The notes beneath the pieces were generated by a model. It was not told the origin of the DNA and did no database searches. It saw only the letters and a list, made by a program, of their open reading frames with translations. The translations under genes were made by a program, and so were the position numbers. Positions 1-9,100 of a stretch of 61,576 nt of DNA are shown here, in pieces. Source of the DNA: Methyloceanibacter sp. (GTDB lineage Bacteria; Pseudomonadota; Alphaproteobacteria; Rhizobiales; Methyloligellaceae); assembly GCA_022865725.1 (NCBI GenBank), contig JALHTP010000159.1, positions 1-61,576 on the forward strand, read 5' to 3'. How positions within the stretch are numbered: the first letter of the stretch is position 1; each line of letters starts with the position of its first letter.

Positions 1-141
1 ACTAGGCCGCCGCCTACAGGCGGGCGGCTCTGGCGCCGCCCTGGTGCCGGCGTGGCCGGCGTAGTGCGGGCCATAGGGTCGGGAACGGGCGCTGGCGCCG
101 GCGCTGGCGTAGGCGCGGGCTCAGGCTCGACGCCCTGTTTG
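1..141. repeat. Terminal direct repeat (assembly overlap of a circular contig), copy 1
   Basis: 1-141 is identical to 61436-61576 and a CDS reads through the junction in frame. Confidence 0.95.
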
Positions 142-1130
142 GCGTTCTCGCAGTTGATGCAGACGGGCGTGTCGCCACTCTCGAAGTCCATCTCGGCGCC
201 GCACTTCGGGCAAGTACGCTCGTTATCCTCGAATGGAGCCGCCGGCTCTTGGGACTCAGACGGCGGGGCGGGACTTGAACCCGCGACCTCCGGCTCAACG
301 CCAGGGCTGGCCGCTGGTAGCGGCGCAGGTGGCCTGGCGTTCCGGTGCTCTGTCACTGAGCTACCCGCCGCCTCTTGCTCCCGTTCGGGTTCTACTAGCT
401 CGCCCTCGATAGCGTCGCCGTTGGGCATGGTGTCGGGGTCAAGCGGCGCGCCGACCTCGGGGTCGTAGGTGGGTAGGGCTACGGACGCCATTAGCGAAAG
501 GGCGCGGGCTTCCGCGCGCTTCATCGCCATCATCGCCGGCTGCGTGAGGACGGGGCGGACCTTGGCGGCCGGATCGCGGGCTAGGTCGAATAGGCTATCG
601 GGATCGTGCATGGCCCTGGCCGCCTCGACCTCGTCGTCGCTCAGGCCGAGCTTCGTTTGCTCGCCGTCGCTTGTCCAGGTGCGGCCGCCCTGACCCACGC
701 CGCTCTTATCCTTGCTCGGCCAACGCTCGGCCTCGCGGACTAGGCCGTATTGGATCGACGGGATGGGCGTCGACTTCCGCCATAGCTTGCACATCGCCAG
801 CACGTCGCCCTTCCGCGTGGCGCCCATGGCGATCCGCGTCGGCTCGTCGGTTACCATCGAGGGCTGGATCGCGGCAAAGTCGGGGTTCCGCATGGCTAGC
901 CGGCGCCGGCCGTCGATGGTAACGTAAAGCCGGCCCTCGATGATCATTAGCTCGCCGGCTAGCGGGTGGAGCCCCAGGCTGATCGCCACCGCCGCGAAGG
1001 CGTTGACCTTGTTGGGCGCGATGGTATCCTCGGATCGGAGCGTCAGGGTGAAATAGCTAGCCATGATCTCCCTACGCTCGGGCGTTGCCACCATCGGCAA
1101 CATTCCTACGTTCGCGTCTTCGTCGGACAT
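1..1130 (-). CDS. RecT/Bet-like single-strand annealing protein, 5' part (continues across the junction to 61261; ~434 aa)
   Basis: Manual translation from ATG 1130 (absent from the ORF track): GLHPLAGELMIIEGRLYVTIDGRRRLA and MAMKRAEARAL motifs, later CPKC..CINC zinc ribbon; SbcCD lies downstream on the circle. Confidence 0.75.
   Translation of the reverse strand, partial: MSDEDANVGMLPMVATPERREIMASYFTLTLRSEDTIAPNKVNAFAAVAISLGLHPLAGELMIIEGRLYVTIDGRRRLAMRNPDFAAIQPSMVTDEPTRIAMGATRKGDVLAMCKLWRKSTPIPSIQYGLVREAERWPSKDKSGVGQGGRTWTSDGEQTKLGLSDDEVEAARAMHDPDSLFDLARDPAAKVRPVLTQPAMMAMKRAEARALSLMASVALPTYDPEVGAPLDPDTMPNGDAIEGELVEPEREQEAAGSSVTEHRNARPPAPLPAASPGVEPEVAGSSPAPPSESQEPAAPFEDNERTCPKCGAEMDFESGDTPVCINCENAKQGVEPEPAPTPAPAPAPVPDPMARTTPATPAPGRRQSRPPVGGGL
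260..370 (-). ncRNA. tRNA-like cloverleaf embedded in the RecT-like CDS, anticodon loop replaced by a long stem
   Basis: Acceptor CGGCGGG/CCCGCCG, TA-GCTC..GAGC D arm, CCGG/CCGG stem, AGGTC variable loop, GCGGG-TTCAAGT-CCCGC T arm. Confidence 0.65.
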
Positions 1131-1146
1131 GTGGATCTCCTTCCCT

Positions 1147-1521
1147 TTACCACAGACTCGCTTCTGTACGCGCGGGCTCCGGCTGGTCGCAGCCGGAGGG
1201 CCGCACACCTAGCGCCGGAAGCCAGCCGCAAAGGTCATGCCGGCCCCAGGCGTGGTAACGCAATAGGAGATAGGTAACGCGCTGAGCTTGGTGGGGGGGC
1301 ATGGCGGGCATCGGCCCGCCGCGCTGCAACCGCGCTAGGATGAAGGCTTCGGACGGGCGCGCCGCTAGCACCTGGCCGGCGTGGGCGGGGTCGCTACCGC
1401 AAGCCAATCCATCGTCGCGCAGAACGAGGCGGCTACCGCATATGGCGCATCGGTAGCGCGGCTCTCCGCTCCTATAGGTCGATGTGGCTAGGATCGCGCG
1501 CCGGCGCTCGTAGTCTAGGAT
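1147..1521 (-). CDS. Hypothetical zinc-finger protein, possible ATC start (ORF track begins at TTG 1407)
   Basis: Frame open from 1521 with RYRCAICGSRL..ACGSDPAH; AGAGGGGG RBS 9 nt upstream of ATC; promoter at 1552-1581. Confidence 0.45.
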   Translation of the reverse strand: MLDYERRRAILATSTYRSGEPRYRCAICGSRLVLRDDGLACGSDPAHAGQVLAARPSEAFILARLQRGGPMPAMPPHQAQRVTYLLLRYHAWGRHDLCGWLPALGVRPSGCDQPEPARTEASLW

Positions 1522-1551
1522 CGGTCGGCACCCCCTCTATAGATCGGCCCG

Positions 1552-1581
1552 ATGATAGCCGATACGGCTAGCGCATGTCAA
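1552..1581 (-). promoter_or_regulatory. sigma70-type promoter with TAGCCG-N3-CGGCTA operator
   Basis: TTGACA-18-TATCAT with palindrome at 1556-1570. Confidence 0.8.
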
Positions 1582-1597
1582 GGGCCGTGGGGGCTTT

Positions 1598-1780
1598 CTA
1601 CCGACGATCTCGCCGGCTAAACATGTGGCCGCAGTTGCACTTGGCGCGGGGCATTCGGAGAAGGCGCGGGGCGTCGGAGTCGTCCACTTCGATGTCTTCC
1701 CTGGGCCGGCAGTCGTAGGCGCGGCCGGTTACCGGCCCGTTGATCGTGCGAGTTCTTCTGCCTCGGTAGTGGAGCCACAT
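1598..1780 (-). CDS. Small Cys-containing hypothetical protein, probable paralog of 27460-27687
   Basis: Shared L.Y...G..Y...I.V...DA..LL..C..F.R pattern. Confidence 0.6.
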   Translation of the reverse strand: MWLHYRGRRTRTINGPVTGRAYDCRPREDIEVDDSDAPRLLRMPRAKCNCGHMFSRRDRR

Positions 1781-1781
1781 G

Positions 1782-2534
1782 CTAGACCGGAAGGCTACTC
1801 ACCAGGCGCAGGTACTTCATCGTCATGTATGCCTTTTCAGCTAGGGCGGGATCGCCGGACATGATCCAGCCTGCTAGCTGTACTAGCAGGGCCAGGCGCG
1901 CAATATCGTCAGGCATAGCGACCTCCAAGAGGCTCCGGTTGAACATGTCTAGGTCAACGTAGACGCCGGCGATCTCCGTGCCGCCGTTGAACTGCTCACC
2001 TACTAGCTGGTCGAGCGTCCAGCCGCCATAGGGTAGGCCGGCGAAGTCGATGTCGGGGTCTTCGTCCCATAGCGCGTTAATCAGCAGGCAGTCGGTAAAC
2101 GTCGTCGGGTTGTGCATCAGGTCGACCCAGGCGTGGTAGCTGGTGTAGATCGCGCGGCGCTTCTCGCCATACTCCGGCGTCGCTAGCGCCTCGACGGCGT
2201 CGCGCACCGCCATGCCGGCAATCGCCGGTAGCTCCACGTCGACCACGACCAGGACCAGGGCTTGCCAGAGATCGTCCGGTACGCCGGCGCGGCCCTGCTC
2301 GAGGTGCCAGCGCCCGCCACGGCCGGCTGCCAGCGAAATGTAGGCTAGCGGTATCAGGCCGGCCGCCACGGCGATCTGTAGGTTCTCGATGCGGTTAGGC
2401 GGCTGCTCGGCGCCCGTCCATAGACATTGCCACCACACTAGCTCGCCGGCGGCGCGCAGGTCCTCCGCCGCCTGGGGTGTCAGGCACGTATAGCTGCCGT
2501 CGACGCCTGGAATCCAGTCAGGCTTTAGGGGCAT
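1782..2534 (-). CDS. Endolysin, GH25-like muramidase
   Basis: GVDGS, VDVE, AIYTS..W, GGWT..EQF..VDLD motifs; near a holin-like gene. Confidence 0.7.
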   Translation of the reverse strand: MPLKPDWIPGVDGSYTCLTPQAAEDLRAAGELVWWQCLWTGAEQPPNRIENLQIAVAAGLIPLAYISLAAGRGGRWHLEQGRAGVPDDLWQALVLVVVDVELPAIAGMAVRDAVEALATPEYGEKRRAIYTSYHAWVDLMHNPTTFTDCLLINALWDEDPDIDFAGLPYGGWTLDQLVGEQFNGGTEIAGVYVDLDMFNRSLLEVAMPDDIARLALLVQLAGWIMSGDPALAEKAYMTMKYLRLVSSLPV

Positions 2535-2889
2535 TAGACGCCTCCGGTAGATGGCCTCGGGGCAAAGTATAGCACCGCACTTTGCCGCCGGCCTCGACGA
2601 AGAAGTCGGCGGCTAGGTGGGCCATTTCTTCCTGGTCGAAGTCGCGGCAGCTAAAGACGTGAACGGCGCCGTAGGGCTCCGGCGCGCTTTTCATTAGGTG
2701 GACGGCGATATGGGATTCGGCGATCAACTGTAGGAGCATGATGTTGCCGTCGTAGTCACCGCCGACCTGGTGGATCGGGCTCAGATGGCAAAGCTCGACG
2801 GCCTCGTTAATGAAGGCTTGGGCGCGCGTTAGCGTCCACCGCTCGGCGGCTACGGCCGGCGTAGCCTGGAAGTCGAGCGCCAGAAACAC
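2518..2889 (-). CDS. speD: S-adenosylmethionine decarboxylase proenzyme
   Basis: IAESHIAVH self-cleavage motif and VFSCRDFD; GTG start at 2889 after TAGGGG. Confidence 0.8.
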   Translation of the reverse strand: MFLALDFQATPAVAAERWTLTRAQAFINEAVELCHLSPIHQVGGDYDGNIMLLQLIAESHIAVHLMKSAPEPYGAVHVFSCRDFDQEEMAHLAADFFVEAGGKVRCYTLPRGHLPEASNAPKA

Positions 2890-2900
2890 GGCGCCGGCCC

Positions 2901-3155
2901 CTAGTCGTCGGTCTTGTGGCGGGATGGGTCGGTCAGGTCGAAGTGGGAACCCCGAAGACCTGGCGGGCACTTCTCGCCCTTCGTACACGTCGACTGCTTA
3001 TGGGTGCTGCTGTTGGTGTACTGGCCCGACACCTGGACGATCTGGCCCGAGACGAGGCGCTGCGCCTCAAAGCGCGGCTTACGGCGCCGCCCGATAAACT
3101 CCCCTAGTCCGCTCATACGGGACTCCAATCTGCCGGCAAGACGCCGGCGTCGCAT
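2901..3155 (-). CDS. YjzC-like small protein
   Basis: GQ.V.VSGQY...T..KGEKCPP pattern; fits gene tiling. Confidence 0.5.
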   Translation of the reverse strand: MRRRRLAGRLESRMSGLGEFIGRRRKPRFEAQRLVSGQIVQVSGQYTNSSTHKQSTCTKGEKCPPGLRGSHFDLTDPSRHKTDD

Positions 3156-3361
3156 CAGCCACTCCCGTTGATCTTCTTGACCCCGTTCGCAATACCCTTC
3201 CCCAGCACAGGAGCGCCGAGAAGGGTACCGCCGAGCGTGGCTAGAATGGCGACAACCTCCGGCGGGACGGGATGCTCTAGTACCATGCAGATCGTTACTC
3301 CCGTAGAGAGCATGGTGGCTATGAAGGCTACCACTATAATCGCTATCATCTTCTCTGTCAA
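3155..3361 (-). CDS. Holin-like two-TM membrane protein
   Basis: Two hydrophobic helices, basic C-terminus, late-promoter motif upstream, endolysin downstream. Confidence 0.55.
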   Translation of the reverse strand: MTEKMIAIIVVAFIATMLSTGVTICMVLEHPVPPEVVAILATLGGTLLGAPVLGKGIANGVKKINGSG

Positions 3362-3396
3362 TCGCGCGTCCCTCCGTCGAGAGTGGGTCTACTGTC

Positions 3397-3409
3397 CTAA
3401 TGGTCGACC
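3397..3409 (-). promoter_or_regulatory. Late-promoter motif GGTCGACCATTAG (lysis operon)
   Basis: One of 5 copies, all upstream of structural or lysis genes. Confidence 0.7.
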
Positions 3410-3936
3410 TATCGCACCGGCAGGCCCACGCGGAGCCGGCGGAGCCCTAGCCGGCGTTCCAGCCGGCAGTCGCCAGGTTCACATCCTATCAGTCGGGCGA
3501 TGTCTTCGGCTAGGAGTCCGCCGTAGTCGCGCATCAGGATCACGGCGCGCTCGCTAGCCGGTAGGTGGTCTAAGGCCCCCTCTAGATCAAGGCGGGCCTC
3601 GGTGGAGTCCGACACTACGGCCTGGACGGTTACGGTATCAAGGGAGACCTCGACCGGTCTCGCTTTCCCGCGCCGGCTACGGCGCCCATGTCGCCGGCGG
3701 AGATCTACCGCGCAGCCGTAGAGCCTGGGCCAGAGTAGGGTCGTGAATTTGGAGTGCCGGCGGGGGTCGAAACGGCCCGCGCAGTCCGCCGCGACCGCCA
3801 TTAGCTCGGCCTTCACGTCGTCGGCGTCCAGGTACCCGACTCCGCCGTGAATCCCGACGCGATGGGCGGCGGCCTCGATCATGCCTTGGACCTCGGGCGC
3901 TTGAAGGATGGTGGCGACGGGGTCGGGCGCGTTCAT
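3409..3936 (-). CDS. Phage-encoded sigma70-family (FliA/WhiG-like) sigma factor
   Basis: RFDPRRHSKFTTLLWPRLYGCAVDLRR region 2; LDHLPASERAVILMRDY..EDIARLIG region 4. Confidence 0.85.
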   Translation of the reverse strand: MNAPDPVATILQAPEVQGMIEAAAHRVGIHGGVGYLDADDVKAELMAVAADCAGRFDPRRHSKFTTLLWPRLYGCAVDLRRRHGRRSRRGKARPVEVSLDTVTVQAVVSDSTEARLDLEGALDHLPASERAVILMRDYGGLLAEDIARLIGCEPGDCRLERRLGLRRLRVGLPVR

Positions 3937-3942
3937 GGCGCA

Positions 3943-3971
3943 ATCTTATCGCGCTAGGCGGCCCGTAGCAA
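3943..3971 (-). promoter_or_regulatory. sigma70-type promoter giving a leaderless sigma-factor mRNA
   Basis: TTGCTA-17-TAAGAT, 6 nt before ATG 3936. Confidence 0.55.
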
Positions 3972-4004
3972 GAGACGCCCCATATTAGTGCTCCCAGCGC
4001 GGTA

Positions 4005-4805
4005 TCACAAGACATATCCATAGCACAATGTCTGTGCCGGACATGGGGGCATTAACCAGGTGCCGCCATAGCTCACACAGGCGCCCACTTTACCATTATT
4101 CCCAGCTACAATTCCCGCGTCTCCCGAATCGCAGTAGTCGTCAAAGTTGACATCTCCCTGGATATTAAGGCCGAAATTAACCGTGGTCGTTACCCCCTCA
4201 GTAAAGACCACGTCCTCCACCAAGAGACTCAAACTACTGTCGCTCTTGATTCCAACATCGTAGGTACCAGGAACGATGGCGTAGATAGTAAAAACTCCAG
4301 CAACAACTACACGATGGCCGTTGTAGTCAGCCTTGATTTCATTAGCCAGGGTTATCGCTGTAGCCAAGCCAGAAGCATTGGGACTGGTTGTCTCGTTTCG
4401 GTTATCCGAATATGGATGAATAGTCGCCTGCAACCTATGGGCATTATAGTCCGCCTTTATCTCATTCGCCAACGTTACTGCGGTGGCCTCACTTGAGGAG
4501 TCCGCCGAGGTTATTACGTTTACTATGTCTGCGTTGCTGTGAAAGGTCGTAGATGCTATGTGGGCGTTGTAGTCGGCCTTTATCTCATTGAGTAAGGTAT
4601 TCAGCGTGGTCTGGTCAGTTGCCGTGCCAGAGGTCACCACATTGGTCGTGTCGTTTGTCAGATGAGCCGTCGCACTAGCGGTAGGGGAGCAGGAACGTGC
4701 CACCTCTGTATGCGTATTAGGCGTGAAAAACCTCACGACCAAATTACTCTTTGCGACCACCGATGGTGCAGAGGGGCCGATATAGCCTACTAGCGTCGCT
4801 GACAT
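4005..4805 (-). CDS. Putative virion/receptor-binding protein with three NEIKADYNxH repeats and a dockerin-like C-terminus
   Basis: Repeats visible in the translation; GDVNFDDYCDSGD motif; visibly lower GC. Confidence 0.55.
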   Translation of the reverse strand: MSATLVGYIGPSAPSVVAKSNLVVRFFTPNTHTEVARSCSPTASATAHLTNDTTNVVTSGTATDQTTLNTLLNEIKADYNAHIASTTFHSNADIVNVITSADSSSEATAVTLANEIKADYNAHRLQATIHPYSDNRNETTSPNASGLATAITLANEIKADYNGHRVVVAGVFTIYAIVPGTYDVGIKSDSSLSLLVEDVVFTEGVTTTVNFGLNIQGDVNFDDYCDSGDAGIVAGNNGKVGACVSYGGTWLMPPCPAQTLCYGYVL

Positions 4806-4815
4806 ATCAATCTCC

Positions 4816-6120
4816 TCATGTCTTGGTCACCGTCAGAATACAGGTGCAGATGCTTAGACCGCTTCCCGCCGAGTTCACGTAGAAGGCCAGAGCGTCCCCG
4901 TCGGCAATGGCGACCACATCAGGCAGGGTCGCGTTCACGTACCTGTTGGTGTTCGTGATCGTGGGGATGTTCGCCTGGGTTGTGTAGAGAGTCGTGCCTT
5001 GACCGTCCGTGGCCTTGTCAGCGGCGGCAATCTTGTGGATATCTACCGTGAGGCTGGTAGCACCGCACGTCTCATTCGCGTCTAAGATGGCTTCGACCTT
5101 CGTAACCGTGCAGTTGAAGGGGATAATCTGCGTCAATTTCGGTACGGTTGCGCTCGCTACGCCAGCTATGGGGATGACAGCGATTATCGCCGTCGTGCCG
5201 CCGCCGCCAGTAGGGTAGGCCCCGATCTGGAAGGTGGCTTCGCCGTCCGCGCAGGAACCCGATATCCAGACGCCGGTCTCCTCTTGCAGGTTGATACCGG
5301 CCCCAAAGCATAGCGGTTCGCCGTTCGCCGCGAAGTCCACGCCGGAGATCGATGTGGGTATGTCTGGGGGATAGACCCCGACTTCATAGACCGCCTCGCC
5401 GGCGACGAATGAGCCGGATATCCAGACGCCAGCGCCTTCTTCGAAGTCTACGGCATTACCGAAACCGAGCCAGGCGTCCTTAGCCGACCAGTCGACGCCG
5501 GAGATCGACGTAGGCGCGGCCTCGGCATAGGCCCCGATCTTATAGGTGGCCTCGGCGCCCGCGCAGCTACCCGATATCCAGATACCAATGTCTTCTTGTA
5601 GGTCGAGACCGGCCCCGAAACACATGGGGTCGCCGTTTACCGCGAAGTCGACGCCGGACATTCCGCCGCCAGGACCTCCGGCGCAGCCAGGGTAGACGCC
5701 GATCTCGTACGTTGGCCGGCCGGCGACTAGGCTCCCGCTGATCCAGATGCAGTTACCGGCCTCGAAATCGACCTCGAGGGCCGCGCCGATTAGCTCTCCC
5801 TCGTCGTACCAGTTGACCGTGCCGCTAGCGCCGCCGCCCATCGAGTAGGCGCCGATGGTATAGTAGGCGCGATCAACGACGAAGGTGCCAGAGATCCAGA
5901 CGCCGGCGCCGGCGATGAGGTCTACCTTCCTACCGGCCCCGAGAAGGTTCCCGTTATACCACCAGTAGACCGGCACGTTGGCGGCGGGGATGATGCCGCT
6001 GATGGCGTCGGCGCGGATGGCATCGCCGGCGGAAAAGGCCTCGACGCGCCGTTTGAGCGCGCGGATTTCGATGTCGATCTCTACTAGGTGATCCTGAATG
6101 TCGCCAGCGGAATTGACCAC
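4816..6120 (-). CDS. Tail fibre-like protein with five ~50-aa repeats
   Basis: WISGS/T..Y.IG.Y repeats; position after the hub gene. Confidence 0.65.
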   Translation of the reverse strand: MVNSAGDIQDHLVEIDIEIRALKRRVEAFSAGDAIRADAISGIIPAANVPVYWWYNGNLLGAGRKVDLIAGAGVWISGTFVVDRAYYTIGAYSMGGGASGTVNWYDEGELIGAALEVDFEAGNCIWISGSLVAGRPTYEIGVYPGCAGGPGGGMSGVDFAVNGDPMCFGAGLDLQEDIGIWISGSCAGAEATYKIGAYAEAAPTSISGVDWSAKDAWLGFGNAVDFEEGAGVWISGSFVAGEAVYEVGVYPPDIPTSISGVDFAANGEPLCFGAGINLQEETGVWISGSCADGEATFQIGAYPTGGGGTTAIIAVIPIAGVASATVPKLTQIIPFNCTVTKVEAILDANETCGATSLTVDIHKIAAADKATDGQGTTLYTTQANIPTITNTNRYVNATLPDVVAIADGDALAFYVNSAGSGLSICTCILTVTKT

Positions 6121-6131
6121 TTGATCTACCC

Positions 6132-9100
6132 TCAGGGCCTTGGGATTATACAGAGGTTCCGGCTACCTACGGCGATGTGGGGGTAAGCATCTGTCAAGTT
6201 ACCCCAAAGGCCGGCGGTACTAACCGGCGTGAGTTTATAGATGTCCTTTCCGGCTAGCGTTCCCTGAATGTCAAAATATAGAGTATCTAAGAGTGCCGAG
6301 TAGGCGACCCTGCCCTTCTGATTGATCAACTCGCCGGTATAGTCTTCAAGTTGCTGCGCCAGGGCGAGTTCCGAAAACGACCCCACGGAAGCTCCGGCAT
6401 TAGATAGCCAAATGCGTTGCGGGTAAGGCGGGCCGCCTACCGTGCTGGCGTAAACGACGCCAACCTTGTTCCCCGAGGCATCGGCAAAGAGCCTATCGAG
6501 GTGCTTCAGAACATTAGCCCCAAGATCGAGGGCCAGGCCGGCCGTAAGCCCCCAATCGTCTGTTATGTAGACCTGCGAGAAGCAGACGCCCCACCAACCC
6601 GCGATCACGATCCGGCCGCTTGGCAGCATCAGGGCGTCGTAGTACATCCTGACACCCGACTGCCCCCTCGTGAGCGTCATGTTGGCATTTAGGGTCATGT
6701 TCACGCCGCGATCCGTGGTGTACCAAATGCCGGCGGGACTCGGCCCCAGGGTGGGGTAGTGGAATCCCCAGGCTATCCAGACGGCAATCTTATTCTGATC
6801 GGTCGGGTGCGGCATAATATACCAGCCGGCCACCTGCGCGTAGGGCTGCCAGCCCGTACCGCCGCCGCCCCAACCGATGGACTGGTGGCCGTGCCACGTA
6901 TCGCCCTCATCCTCCGACCAGCATAGGTTCGTCCTGGTATATGCGCTGCTTTTTCCTGGCTCCGTGTCGTGGTAGAGGCACCAGATGCGCCCGCCAGCAT
7001 CCAAGGCGTACTGGATCACGCCGCCGTTATCCACGAAGCCAGGATCGACAGCGGCTCCCCAGGTGCCGCCGGCGTCCTTAGTTCGCGCGCCGGCGCCTAG
7101 CCCGTAGGCAGAGTCGCTGTCGTCATCGTTCGTTGCAAACCACAGTTGATCGGTCAGGCACCAGATGCGCGGCGATTCACCCAGGGCGGCCGTGATGCCC
7201 GCCACAGCCCCAGGGGTAGACCAGGCGGCGGTGCCATGGCCTATTAAGGTACTGATTTCGCGCGGATCAGCGTCTATGCCCATGGCCGCCAATCTCTCGT
7301 CGTAGAATGGCGTCCCTGGCGCTCCGAAGGCGATCATCTTCGCCTTCGCCAGCGCCGGCGCGGCGGGGAAGCCCGTAGCCGGCCGGACTAGCGCCACCGT
7401 GCCGAAGCGATCCCATGTCTTGTAGATGAAGCCGGCGGCGCTGCCGGTTATGGCCTCGGCTGCGACTATGTAGGACTGGTCGATGTTCTCCCACCAGGCG
7501 AGGCTCCAACAGTAGTTTCCCTTGTTGGTGCCGAAGGTGGCCGGCGCCAGCGAGATCGTCCCGACGCCGGCGGCGACGTCCATCCGGTAGGTCGCGCTAT
7601 CATCAAACCCGAGGACGTAGTGGCCCACGGTCAGGTCGGGGCTAATCCACTTCCCGCGAGTCTTGGCTAGGGCTCCGGCGTCGCCGACCGCCCGCTTCCA
7701 ATCGGTCCCGTCGCCCAGGCCACCTGACGCGCTGGTGTAGACGGGTGGCGTATGCGTTGGGCTATTGAGGATGATTGCCAGAACGTCCCCACCGGTAGCC
7801 GCCTCGGCGACGTAGAGGTCGGTTGGGTAACCGCTAATCGCTAAGTCGGCCTCTAGCTCGCCGCCGGTTAGGTCGGCGCCTACCCAGGAGTGGCCGCCGA
7901 CAACTGCATCCCAACAGATTAGCGGCCAGCCCGTTCCGGTGCCGCCGTATATCCATAGGCCGCCTGCTCCTGGCGTTGCGATCCGCGATAGCCGGATGTT
8001 GGCCAGGCCGAAGATGGCCGCGAGGTCCTCGTAGAGCGCCCAGGTTAGGCCGTCGTTCGTTGACCAGTAGACCTTCCCGTTGCGCGTTATAGCCCACACC
8101 CGCGTCGTAACGAGGATGTCCCACCACAGATGCTCGATGGGGCTCCCAAGCGCGGCCTGGACGAGCGTCGGCGCTGTCAGGCAGAAGTCCGTAGTCCGAT
8201 AGATGCAGCCGTCCGCCGTCCCGAAGACGCCGACGCCGAAGGTTATGCCATCCGCCAGCTTAGCCGACGTGCTGATCACCGACTTGCCGGCGATGGGCTG
8301 GTCATACCAGTTAATCCCGCCGTCCGGCGTGGCGCTGGCTGCCGTATCGAAGGCAACGAAGATCGCCGGAATCCAGATGTCCGGTTCCGTAGACTCGTAG
8401 GGGATGCTTAGCATTAGGTCGTCGGTGTTGCCGTCGTTATCCTCAACCGTCAAGGTCACTTCCCATGGCGGCACGATACCGGTCGGGTCGGCCCGCGTCG
8501 TGAAGGTTTCCCCGCAGCCGGACGCCCTCATCGGCGTCTGGTTGTCTGACCAGCACCAGCCAACGATGGTGCCGTCAGGGTCGATGCTCGGGCTACCGTC
8601 GAGGGTAACGATATCCCAGGGGCGGTCGCCCATGATCTCCTGCTCGATGGAGTAAAGGAAGTTGGCGAACGGCGAGATGTTGATCTGCCCGCCGGCTTGC
8701 GGCCCACCGAGAAGCGACAGGCTAGTCGAATAGTGACCCGCCGATAGCGTCGTCGTTAGGGCCTCTACGAACCAGCGGCCGGTTACGGCGGAGTAGGACG
8801 GGTCTTCGATCCCTACGGTTAGGCCGGTCTGGACTTGGGGGTCGCCGTCAATCTCTACGTCGACCTGCGTTAGTAGCCGGTTCTTTACGCCGACGCGCCG
8901 GCCGGCCTCAGGTCCAGCTACCACGGCGTCGTCGATGATCTCATTACTGTAAAGCTCGTCGTTATAGGCCTGGCTCCCGTCGGGGTTCAGGACCCACAGG
9001 CTCGGTGCGAAGGCGTGCTCCTCTAGGGTAACGCTGGACTCGCTACCGTCAGGGTTGGTGTTGGTGAGAACGGCGCCGCGAACCCAAACCTGATTCTTGA

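Noticed and set aside
4005-6120. Diversity-generating retroelement acting on tail genes
   Set aside because: No reverse transcriptase and no template/variable repeat pair differing at adenines; repeats are ordinary protein repeats
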